Assembly: GCA_031458695.1 (NCBI GenBank)
Contig: JAVKJW010000023.1
Location: 1 to 36,309 of the forward strand
Source: Candidatus Thermofontivivens primus
GTDB taxonomy: Bacteria > Sysuimicrobiota > Sysuimicrobiia > Sysuimicrobiales > Thermofontiviventaceae
DNA length: 36,309 nucleotides
Direction: 5' to 3'
The notes under the pieces were generated by a model that worked only from the letters and a program-made list of their open reading frames with translations, was not told where the DNA came from and ran no database searches. Below, one piece after another: positions 28,365 to 36,182 of this stretch (position 1 is its first letter; every line of letters starts with the position of its first letter). A program made the position numbers and the translations under genes.

Positions 28365-29552
28365 TTATTCAGCGGCTTTCACCGTATAGTACTCCATGAA
28401 ATAGCCCTGGCACGCTGTCACACCAGAGCCCATGGGGATCTTCACGCCTGCCATGGCAAGCGCCATCTCCACACCGGCCACCGTGGCGAGCACCTCCAAC
28501 TCATTGAGAGAGCCAAGATGCCCGATGCGGAACACCTTTCCTTTCAGACGTCCCAAACCAGTCCCCAGAGAGAGGTTGAGACGCTGCTCGGCGATCCGGA
28601 TGACCTCGTTTGCATCGACCCCCTCAGGCATGACCACCGCCGTCAGAGTGTTTGAGTACTCTTCTGGGTTCCTGCAAAGGATGGGTAATCCCCACGCCCT
28701 CACCGCGCGACGGACGCCTTCGGCAAGCCTGGCGTGCCTGGCGAGCACGTTGGGGAGCCCTTCCTCGAAAAGCATCCGGAGGGCTTCCCGCAGGCCGTAG
28801 AGGAGGAGGGTAGCGGGGGTGTATGGGAAGTACCCCCTGCGGTTCTCCTCGAGGACCGGGCGCCAGTCAAAGAAGTAGCGCGGGGAGGTGACCCGTTCGC
28901 TCTCGGTGATCGCTCTCGGGCTCACGCAGAGCACAGCCATCCCCGGGGGCAACATCAGCCCCTTCTGGGTGCCGGTGAGCGCGACGTCCACCTTCCACTC
29001 GTCAAAGCGGAAGTCGATGCTCCCCAGGGAGCTCACGGTATCGACCAAGAGCAAGGCAGGGTGTCCAGCAGCGTCGATGGCCTCCCGGACGGCCTTCACG
29101 TTGGAGGTCACCCCGGTGGAGGTCTCGTTGTGGACCACCATCACAGCCCTGTAGGTATGCTGGGAATCCTTGGAGAGTTTGTCGTAGACAATCTCCGCCG
29201 GGACTCCAGTACCCCAAGGGAGGTCCACCTCATCCACCACGACCCCAAAGCGCCTCGCGCACTCTGCGTAGAGATGGCTGAAATGCCCGATGTTGAAGGC
29301 AAGCACTCTATCGCCCGGGCTCAGGGTATTCACGATGGAGGCTTCCCATGCCCCTGTCCCGGAGCCTGGGTAGAGGACGATCTCTCCTTCCGTGGTCTGG
29401 AAGAGGCGCTTAAGACCTGCGGTGATCTCTTGGACCAGCCCTGGAAGCTCGGGCCCGCGGTGATCAGGGATGGGCCGGTCCATGGCCCGCAAGATCCGGT
29501 CTGGGATGTTGGTAGGACCTGGAATCTGAAGGAAGTGACGGCCCGCGCTCAC
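28365..29552 (-). CDS. Serine/alanine-glyoxylate aminotransferase-like class V PLP enzyme
   Basis: Motifs GRHFLQIPGPTN, SGTGAWE, HNETSTG, DTVSSL, PLP Lys in TQKGLM, PYTP and FRIGHLG. GTGA overlap with gntR. Confidence 0.9.
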   Translation of the reverse strand: MSAGRHFLQIPGPTNIPDRILRAMDRPIPDHRGPELPGLVQEITAGLKRLFQTTEGEIVLYPGSGTGAWEASIVNTLSPGDRVLAFNIGHFSHLYAECARRFGVVVDEVDLPWGTGVPAEIVYDKLSKDSQHTYRAVMVVHNETSTGVTSNVKAVREAIDAAGHPALLLVDTVSSLGSIDFRFDEWKVDVALTGTQKGLMLPPGMAVLCVSPRAITESERVTSPRYFFDWRPVLEENRRGYFPYTPATLLLYGLREALRMLFEEGLPNVLARHARLAEGVRRAVRAWGLPILCRNPEEYSNTLTAVVMPEGVDANEVIRIAEQRLNLSLGTGLGRLKGKVFRIGHLGSLNELEVLATVAGVEMALAMAGVKIPMGSGVTACQGYFMEYYTVKAAE

Positions 29553-30259
29553 GTTTTCCCCTCCCCGCCGCCAGCGGTCACCGCAAGAGGGAATCCGCCG
29601 GACTTTAGGGCGTCGAGCAACGCCCGCTTCTTTCCCCGGATGTGGGCACGCATGAGGGTTTCCGCAACCTCCTGGTCCCGCCTCCGCAAGGCATCCAGGA
29701 TGGCCTCATGCTCCTGGTGGGATCGCCTGGGAAGGCCTGGAACCTGCAAGGTTAGCTGGCGGTAGGCAAGGATAACATCACTGAGGCGGCGGATGAGATC
29801 CTGGAGACGGCGGCTTCCGCTGGCCGCCACGATACCATCGTGGAACCGTGTGTTCCACTGGAGGAGGGAAACAAAGTCTCTAGCCCGGATAGCCTGTTCT
29901 GCGCGCCGCAGAACACGCGTGAGCGCCTGGAGGTCCTTCTCTGTGATGCGGAGGGCAGCAAGCCCTGCCGCATGGCTTTCCAGCACCTCACGGAGGCTCA
30001 TGATTTCCTCGACGTCGACAAGGTCCAACCCAGCAACAACTACCCCGCGGCGACCTGCAGGTCGGAGAAGTCCTTCCTGTTCCAGTCGGTGAAGTGCTTC
30101 TCGGACTGGCGTCCGGCTTGTTCCCAGTTGTTGCGCCAAGCTGGCCTCTACAAGACGGGTCCCTGGACGGAGGGTACCCTGCAGAATCTGCTCTCGGAGA
30201 TTCCGATAGACCTCCTCGCGGAGATGCTGAGGTTTTGAGAACTTGAGTGCGCGGACCAC
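29549..30259 (-). CDS. GntR-family regulator (FadR/FCD type)
   Basis: HTH LGTSRTPVREAL and FCD motifs N..FH and EH..I. The start is uncertain (GTG 30259 or TTG 30280). The track start at 30343 lies upstream of the predicted promoter. Confidence 0.9.
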   Translation of the reverse strand: MVRALKFSKPQHLREEVYRNLREQILQGTLRPGTRLVEASLAQQLGTSRTPVREALHRLEQEGLLRPAGRRGVVVAGLDLVDVEEIMSLREVLESHAAGLAALRITEKDLQALTRVLRRAEQAIRARDFVSLLQWNTRFHDGIVAASGSRRLQDLIRRLSDVILAYRQLTLQVPGLPRRSHQEHEAILDALRRRDQEVAETLMRAHIRGKKRALLDALKSGGFPLAVTAGGGEGKT

Positions 30260-30289
30260 TTTGGGATACAATAGATCCAACTTACCCTC

Positions 30290-30318
30290 ATTATGTGAAA
30301 GCGAACTTCCCTTGTCAA
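30290..30318 (-). promoter_or_regulatory. Near-consensus sigma70 promoter of the gntR-aminotransferase-tct operon
   Basis: TTGACA-N17-CATAAT on the minus strand. Confidence 0.7.
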
Positions 30319-30411
30319 GACCAAAGAATCCTGAAATGCCCACAATGCCATAAAAAGACGGAACGCCGAAGGAGGAGTCCAGTTAAGAAAGGAGAATTTG
30401 TAGTATACGGT

Positions 30412-31611
30412 ATGCAAACTGCGTTGAATGGCGTGCGCGTCCTGGATTTTAGCCAAGTGATGGCCGGCCCCTTCTGTACCATGCTCCTTGCTGATATGGG
30501 AGCTGATGTGATCAAGGTGGAACCGCCTGAAGGTGATTCCACAAGACAGATGGGCCTGAGCCAAGATGGAGAATCTCCCGCCTTCTGGGCGGTCAACCGG
30601 AACAAACGGGGGATCGCCGTCAACCTCAAGAATCCCAGGGGCGTAGAACTTTGCCGCCGCTTGGCCCAGACCGTCGACATCCTCGTGGAGAACTTCCGGC
30701 CGGGAACTATGGACCGTTTGGGGCTTGGATATGGTGATCTGCGACCGCTGAACCCCGGCCTGATTTACGCGTCGATCTCCGGATACGGGCAGACGGGACC
30801 CTACGCCTCACGCGGAGGCTTCGACCTCATAGCCCAGGGGGAGAGTGGGATCATGTCGGTAACGGGGTTCCCCGGCTCTTCCCCTGTGAAGTGCGGGATT
30901 CCCATTTGCGACCTGGGCGCGGCGCTCTTCCTGACCTATGCCATCCTCAGCGCCTACATCCACCGGCTTCGTACTGGAGAAGGCCAGTACGTGGAAACCT
31001 CGCTCCTGGAGGCAGGAATCGCCTTATCAGTATGGGAGGCCACGGAGTACTTCTCCACAGGAAACGTCCCCCAGCCCACTGGTTCAGCACATCGCATGTC
31101 CGCGCCTTATCAAGCTTTCCGATGCCAGGACGGATACATCACCGTTGGAGGGGCAAATCAACGCAGCTGGGAGCGTCTGTGCAAGGCGCTTGGACTTGAG
31201 CACCTCCTGAACCGCCCGGAGTTTGCCACGGACGCCAGCAGGGTCCGCCATCGGCAGGAGCTTGCAGCGATCATCGAGGGCGTCACCGTCCAAAAACCCC
31301 GTGACCACTGGTTGAAAGTGCTGGAGGAGGCGGGCGTCCCCTGCGGATCCATCCTCACCTACCCGGAGGTTTTCTTGCATCCTCAAACCGTGGCAAGAGA
31401 GATGGTCCAGGAGATCGAGCATCCTGTTGGAGGGAGGATCCGCCAGATCGGCCCAGCGGTGAAGTGCTCAGCGACGCCGGCGAGGATCCGCCGCCCAGCT
31501 CCCCGTCTTGGGGAGCACACCGAGGAAGTCCTCCGGGAACTTGGGTATACCACCCAGGAGATCGAGACGCTGGTGAGTGAAGGAGTGGTCAAACGATGTC
31601 TGTTTCCGTAG
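30412..31611 (+). CDS. Class III CoA-transferase (CaiB/BaiF/Frc family)
   Basis: Motifs MAGPFCTMLLADMGADVIKVE, NRNKRG, ENFRPG, GFDLIAQG and the catalytic Asp in ICDLGA. Start moved to ATG 30412. Confidence 0.92.
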   Translation: MQTALNGVRVLDFSQVMAGPFCTMLLADMGADVIKVEPPEGDSTRQMGLSQDGESPAFWAVNRNKRGIAVNLKNPRGVELCRRLAQTVDILVENFRPGTMDRLGLGYGDLRPLNPGLIYASISGYGQTGPYASRGGFDLIAQGESGIMSVTGFPGSSPVKCGIPICDLGAALFLTYAILSAYIHRLRTGEGQYVETSLLEAGIALSVWEATEYFSTGNVPQPTGSAHRMSAPYQAFRCQDGYITVGGANQRSWERLCKALGLEHLLNRPEFATDASRVRHRQELAAIIEGVTVQKPRDHWLKVLEEAGVPCGSILTYPEVFLHPQTVAREMVQEIEHPVGGRIRQIGPAVKCSATPARIRRPAPRLGEHTEEVLRELGYTTQEIETLVSEGVVKRCLFP

Positions 31612-32363
31612 ATATCCAAGGCGCGGTCGCCTGGATCGTCGTTCACCGTCCCGAAGCCAGGAACGCGATGACCTTTGCCATGTACGACGCTTTCTTCCAG
31701 GCGTGCGAGGAACTGGACGCAAATCCGGAAGTACGGGTGGTGGTGCTGCGCGGGGGAGGAGGAACGTTCATCGCCGGGACGGACATCCGGGAGTTTTTGA
31801 ACCTGCACAGCGGAGAGGATGCACTCGCATACGAACGACGCATCGATACCGTCGTGGGAAGGCTTGAACGCATGCGCAAGGCAACCATTGCCATGATCGA
31901 GGGCCACGCCGTCGGAGGAGGGTTCACGCTTGCTCTTGCCTGTGATCTCCGCTACGCCGCACCGAATGCGCGCCTGGGGGTCCCCATTGCTCGCACGCTC
32001 GGGAACTGCCTGTCCATGTCTAATACCAGTCGCCTCCTCGAAGTCGTGGGCCCTGGGATCGCGAAGGAACTCTTGTTCACCGCAAGGCTCCTCTCTGCTG
32101 AAGAGGCGTACAGGTTGGGCCTTGTGAACGCCGTCGTCCCAGCAGAGGACCTGGAACGTCATGTCAAGGAGGTAGCCTCCACCATCGCAGGGCACGCTCC
32201 CCTCACGGTCCAGGTAACTAAGGAGGCGATCACCCGTATCTTGAGCCATCGCCGCGCCGTAGACGGAGAGGATCTGGTCCTCCGGTGCTATACCAGCGAG
32301 GACTTCCGCGAAGCAGTCAGGGCGTTCGTGGAAAAGCGGACACCACAGTGGAAAGGACGCTAG
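31596..32363 (+). CDS. Crotonase/enoyl-CoA hydratase superfamily protein lacking both canonical Glu
   Basis: Motifs RPEARNAM, FIAGTDI, GHAVGGG..LALACD and DFREAVRAFVEKR. Confidence 0.9.
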   Translation: MSVSVDIQGAVAWIVVHRPEARNAMTFAMYDAFFQACEELDANPEVRVVVLRGGGGTFIAGTDIREFLNLHSGEDALAYERRIDTVVGRLERMRKATIAMIEGHAVGGGFTLALACDLRYAAPNARLGVPIARTLGNCLSMSNTSRLLEVVGPGIAKELLFTARLLSAEEAYRLGLVNAVVPAEDLERHVKEVASTIAGHAPLTVQVTKEAITRILSHRRAVDGEDLVLRCYTSEDFREAVRAFVEKRTPQWKGR

Positions 32364-32461
32364 CCCACCCACACTTTCAGAAGCCTCTAGTGGGCCGGGT
32401 CCTACCAAATCTTAGGATTTTTGTGGGATGAGGGAGCGGTATCAGAGGGGAGGAAAGAACA

Positions 32462-33268
32462 ATGTGGATCAACCCGAAGCTTTGCGTGGGATGTGCAAAC
32501 TGCATCCCTTTCTGCCCGGTCGGGGCAATTGCCGTGGGACCTAGTGGCGTCGCAGTCATCGACCGGGACGCCTGTGTGGAGTGCGCCAACTGCTACCGGA
32601 GCATGAGCCGGGAGAATCTTCCTCCCTGGCTTGTACGGACGCTGCGGAAGGCCGCCCAGCTTCTCCGCCTGCGCCCTGATCCCGATCTGGATATCTGTCC
32701 CACGGGTGCGATTACCCCAGAACCCCTCGAGTGGCCCAGGGTGGTACGGAGCCTGTTCAGCGACCCTACAAGTGAGCACAAGGTAACAGGCGTCGCCGGG
32801 AGGGGAACCGAGGAGGCCAAGACAAACGACGTGACAGGACGGACAAAGGAGGGAGAAGCAGGATTCACAGTAGAACTCGGGCGACCTGGAGTCGGGGTGA
32901 CGTTTGCAGAGATTGAGGATGTGACGGCATCGTTGGCCAACCTGGGGATCTCCTTCGAACCAAAGAACCCGGTGACTTCACTCATGGAAGACCCGAAGAC
33001 AGGCCGCATCCGGAAGGATATCCTCCAGGAGCGGATCCTTTCTGCAATCGTGGAGTTTACTGTGCCCCTGGAACAGGTCCCGGAGGTCCTCCGTACCGTA
33101 GAGGAGGTCTCCACCAGGCTCCAGACCGTGGTGAGCATCGGGGTGTACACCAGGAACGCGCGTGATGGCTCCAATCCCCTGCTCGGCATTCTCCACCAGC
33201 TGGGGTATCGGCCGCAAAGGGCGAAGGTCAACATGGGGCTGGGTCGGCCCCTTGCGGAGGGGAGGTGA
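32462..33268 (+). CDS. Uncharacterised protein with an N-terminal 2x[4Fe-4S] ferredoxin domain
   Basis: CVGCANCIPFCP and CVECANC...CP, then a C-terminal domain containing GRGTEEAKTNDVTGR and ELGRPGVG. GGGGAGG RBS. Confidence 0.8.
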   Translation: MWINPKLCVGCANCIPFCPVGAIAVGPSGVAVIDRDACVECANCYRSMSRENLPPWLVRTLRKAAQLLRLRPDPDLDICPTGAITPEPLEWPRVVRSLFSDPTSEHKVTGVAGRGTEEAKTNDVTGRTKEGEAGFTVELGRPGVGVTFAEIEDVTASLANLGISFEPKNPVTSLMEDPKTGRIRKDILQERILSAIVEFTVPLEQVPEVLRTVEEVSTRLQTVVSIGVYTRNARDGSNPLLGILHQLGYRPQRAKVNMGLGRPLAEGR

Positions 33269-33274
33269 TGCACC

Positions 33275-33949
33275 ATGACCAACACGCTGCACCGCTATGG
33301 ACCGCGCCAAGAAGGAGATTACATCGTCTTCGCCATCCCCGCACGGGGGATCAACGATGCCGGTTGCGAGGACAAGCTACAGGCCTTCCTGCGCCTAGCG
33401 TCCCGTTTCAACCCGGTAAACATGGGGAACGGGAAAGGGGGGAGTCTATTCCGGCCTGAACGTTCCCTGAACCCCTTCACCTGGTTTACGAAGCGAAGGA
33501 GGCACAAGGTCTCCCCAAACCGCGTCATCGAGGAGATCAAGGGGCCGTGCACGGCAGCTGCCACCTTTGATTCCCGCGACGCCGTGTGCGCCGTCCTGAA
33601 AGCGGTCAAGGAGGCGGATCTGGGGATGTCCGTCAATGTCAGTGGCCCCATCGAGGGGACCTACAACGCAGCACAGGAGGCAGGGATCACGCCCCACAGT
33701 ATCGAGTACTCCCTGGAGTTCCATGGTCGACTGGACCTCCTTCCGGAAGCGCCGGTCCTGGAGCTCATCACCATGTGCGGGCATGGAATGGTGTCCCGAC
33801 ACCTCGCGAGAAAGGTCGCTTTCCTCGTCAAGGAGGGCCGCCTCACGAGCGAGGAAGCGGCCATCTACCTCGCCAAACCATGCGTCTGTGGCGCCTTCAA
33901 TCCGGCGAAGGCACAGGTAATCCTAGAAGAGATGCGCCATTGGTGGTGA
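33275..33949 (+). CDS. Uncharacterised Cys/His-motif protein, probable partner of the Fe-S protein
   Basis: Strong RBS (GGAGGTGA), 6 nt after the upstream stop. Motifs MTNTLHR, TMCGHGMVS and CVCGAFN. Confidence 0.75.
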   Translation: MTNTLHRYGPRQEGDYIVFAIPARGINDAGCEDKLQAFLRLASRFNPVNMGNGKGGSLFRPERSLNPFTWFTKRRRHKVSPNRVIEEIKGPCTAAATFDSRDAVCAVLKAVKEADLGMSVNVSGPIEGTYNAAQEAGITPHSIEYSLEFHGRLDLLPEAPVLELITMCGHGMVSRHLARKVAFLVKEGRLTSEEAAIYLAKPCVCGAFNPAKAQVILEEMRHWW

Positions 33950-33965
33950 AGTAGCACGGAGGAAT

Positions 33966-33988
33966 CTCGGGATGTCACACCCGAGTTT
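33966..33988. terminator. Possible terminator hairpin between convergent genes
   Basis: CTCGGG...CCCGAG stem followed by TTT. Confidence 0.35.
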
Positions 33989-33998
33989 CACAAACCTC

Positions 33999-35243
33999 TC
34001 ACTGGATATCTTGAATGGAAGGATGAAAGGCAAGGAGGACTATTCCCACCGCAAGGGAGATGAGCGCGGAGGTAGTGATCGCCTTTGGAACTCCTAGAAG
34101 ACGCGCAACGATACCAAGAAGCAGGGATCCGAGAGGCATTCCCCCTAGGAAAGTCAGGCTGTAGACCCCCATGACCCTCCCGCGAATTCGATCCGGAACA
34201 AGGCTCTGAACGAGCGCGTTGGAGAGATTCACGACGAAGATCGTGGATGTACCAATGGCAGCAAGCAAGAGGAACGACCCGGGAAGCCACCACACCCAGG
34301 CAAAGGCTAGCATCAGAAGGGGATAAAGAAGGCTCCCTAGGATGAGGGCGCGGCCACGAGGGAGTTGTTGACTGAGTGTTGCGAGTGTGAGAGCCCCAAC
34401 GAGTGCTCCAAGCCCACGGGCTGCTTGAAGGAGCCCATTGGTTTGCGCGTCCCCGTGAAGAACATCCACTGCCCACGCCGGCATCAGAGAGATCAAGGAC
34501 CATCCAAACACGCTCACGGACGTGACCAGGAGGACTACGGTACGGATGACCGGGTGGGAAGCGACATACCGGATCCCTTCACTGATCCCGGATGGGGTAG
34601 AGGTTCCTTGGCCTAGATCACCACGTCGTTGGATCTCCATGAACAGGAGTGCTGCGATGACAGCGAGGAAGGAGATTCCGTTGAACACGAAGCACCATCC
34701 AGGACCTAAAGAGGCATAGACGATGCCAGCGGCAGCAGGCCCCACCACTGTTGCGGTATTGAACATCACCGCGTTGAGAGCGACAGCATTCGTCAAGTCC
34801 TCAAGGTCGACGAGCTCCCAGACAAATGCTTGACGAGCGGGAGCATCGAACGCGTTGGCAATCCCCAGGGCGAATGCCAGCGCGACGATGTGCCAGGGCT
34901 TGACGATGCCACCGAAGGTGAGGCCCGCGAGAAGGAAGGCGAGGACCATCATGCTGGCTTGGGTGACCAAGAGGAGGGTACGGCGGGGCATCCGGTCGGC
35001 CACAGCGCCCCCGTACAGCATCAACAGCCACGAGGGGATTCCCGCAGAGAAGGCCACGTAGCCAAGATAGGCCGGCGATCGCGTGAGTTGGTATACTAGG
35101 AAGCCTTGGGCAGTGGCTTGCATCCAGGTCCCGAAAAGGGAAACCGTCTGCCCTAGGAACCACAGGCGGAAGTTTCGGTGTCTGAATGCACGAAATGTTT
35201 GAAGCCTCCCTTCCCTCTCTACACCAACAGACATACGGTTCAC
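33999..35243 (-). CDS. MFS transporter (MFS_3/EntS-like)
   Basis: Motifs AFRHRNFRLWFLGQ, GGAVADRMPRR, FDAPARQAFV and RGRVMG, with about 12 TM segments. Alternative start ATG 35234. Confidence 0.9.
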   Translation of the reverse strand: MNRMSVGVEREGRLQTFRAFRHRNFRLWFLGQTVSLFGTWMQATAQGFLVYQLTRSPAYLGYVAFSAGIPSWLLMLYGGAVADRMPRRTLLLVTQASMMVLAFLLAGLTFGGIVKPWHIVALAFALGIANAFDAPARQAFVWELVDLEDLTNAVALNAVMFNTATVVGPAAAGIVYASLGPGWCFVFNGISFLAVIAALLFMEIQRRGDLGQGTSTPSGISEGIRYVASHPVIRTVVLLVTSVSVFGWSLISLMPAWAVDVLHGDAQTNGLLQAARGLGALVGALTLATLSQQLPRGRALILGSLLYPLLMLAFAWVWWLPGSFLLLAAIGTSTIFVVNLSNALVQSLVPDRIRGRVMGVYSLTFLGGMPLGSLLLGIVARLLGVPKAITTSALISLAVGIVLLAFHPSIQDIQ

Positions 35244-35286
35244 CCGTATTATTTAGATCCTCAAAGTATTTGCGAAACTAACATAC

Positions 35287-35315
35287 ACCTTACCAGAGGC
35301 CAGTGCGTGTGTCAA
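35287..35315 (-). promoter_or_regulatory. Putative sigma70 promoter of the MFS gene
   Basis: TTGACA-N17-TAAGGT with a TGn extended -10. Confidence 0.6.
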
Positions 35316-35536
35316 TCTGTGGTCCGTCTCCCATAGGTCACTCATGCGAAGGAGTTCCCATACGACAGAGCCACCTGAATTACCAGGTTGAGGAAAGCGG
35401 GAGAGTCATCGCGTTCCTTTCCGTAGACTGGGCGTGGGGTTGTTCGGTGAGGATGGAAGCGACTGCTAAAATCTGTTGAAAACAGGGAAACAGAAGAGGA
35501 CAGCTCCCCTCATCCGATCTTACCGCATCCGCGGGC

Positions 35537-35779
35537 TTATCCGGACGATGTGCCCCAGAAATCCTCCGACCCGTCGATTGTGTATGCCAACACCGATCCA
35601 TTCTTGAAGTACTTCGGCCTGCCTGCATGGCCTCGGCGATCTTCCCCGCTTGGGTAGACCAAGTGCTCTCCTCGCCCTGCTCTAGATCCATGGCAGGAAT
35701 GAGTAGAATGAAGTAACAAAGATAGAGGTACCACCATGGAGAGAAGCCGGGGCTGGATTTCTCGGAAATATGAAATCAA
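35537..35779 (-). pseudogene. Possible eroded secE remnant (otherwise a spurious ORF)
   Basis: YFREIQPRLLSMVVP is in register with the SecE pattern F-x-E-V-x-x-E-L-x-K-V-x-W-P and lies where secE normally sits. The key E, K and W residues and the TM helix are missing. Confidence 0.25.
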
Positions 35780-35807
35780 AACTCAAGCGGGAAAGCGGAT
35801 GGCCGGC

Positions 35808-35884
35808 TGGCAGGGGCGGCCGGATTTGAACCGACAACCACTGGTTTTGGAGACCAGCGCTCTACCAGGTTGAGCTACGCCCCT
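35808..35884 (-). tRNA. trnW: tRNA-Trp (CCA)
   Basis: AGGGGCGTAGCTCAACCTGGTAGAGCGCTGGTCTCCAAAACCAGTGGTTGTCGGTTCAAATCCGGCCGCCCCTGCCA folds as a cloverleaf with a CCA anticodon and an encoded CCA end. Confidence 0.97.
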
Positions 35885-35889
35885 ATGGA

Positions 35890-35968
35890 ATTTCGGATTT
35901 GGGATTTCGGATTGCGGAGTTTTTATTGGAAGTTCATCATCCGGATTTTGACATCCGCAATCCGAAAT
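35890..35968. repeat. Tandem heptamer repeats plus a 15-bp inverted repeat
   Basis: ATTTCGG ATTTGGG ATTTCGG ATTGCGG (35890-35917). ATTTCGGATTGCGGA (35904-35918) is the exact reverse complement of 35954-35968. Confidence 0.8.
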
Positions 35969-35977
35969 GATTATACG

Positions 35978-36130
35978 TTACCGCGTCTCCCGGTGCAAGG
36001 TGTGCTTGCGACACCAGGGACAATATTTATTGAGCTCCAAGCGGTCCGGATCATTCTTCTTGTTCTTCGTCGTCGTGTAGTTCCGGCGCTTGCACTGGGT
36101 GCATGCCAGGGTGATGATCTCTCTCGCCAT
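35978..36130 (-). CDS. rpmG: 50S ribosomal protein L33 (zinc-binding CxxC form)
   Basis: [50 protein letters not shown], preceded by a GGAGGT RBS. Confidence 0.97.
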   Translation of the reverse strand: MAREIITLACTQCKRRNYTTTKNKKNDPDRLELNKYCPWCRKHTLHRETR

Positions 36131-36182
36131 ATCTTGTCCGACCTCCTCAGTGCCCTTATCGGGCACTCACAGGGGGGTACCC

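Noticed and set aside
27357..28655. 432-aa plus-strand ORF
   Set aside because: It is an antisense shadow of tctC and the aminotransferase gene with no recognisable motifs, which is expected in GC-rich DNA.
30247..30411. N-terminal extensions of the CoA-transferase (including a CPQC) and of gntR in the ORF track
   Set aside because: They overlap each other and the predicted promoter and operators. Family similarity starts at 30412 and about 30259.
35380..35691. 103-aa minus-strand ORF near the tRNA
   Set aside because: No recognisable motif or clear RBS, so it cannot be supported as a gene.
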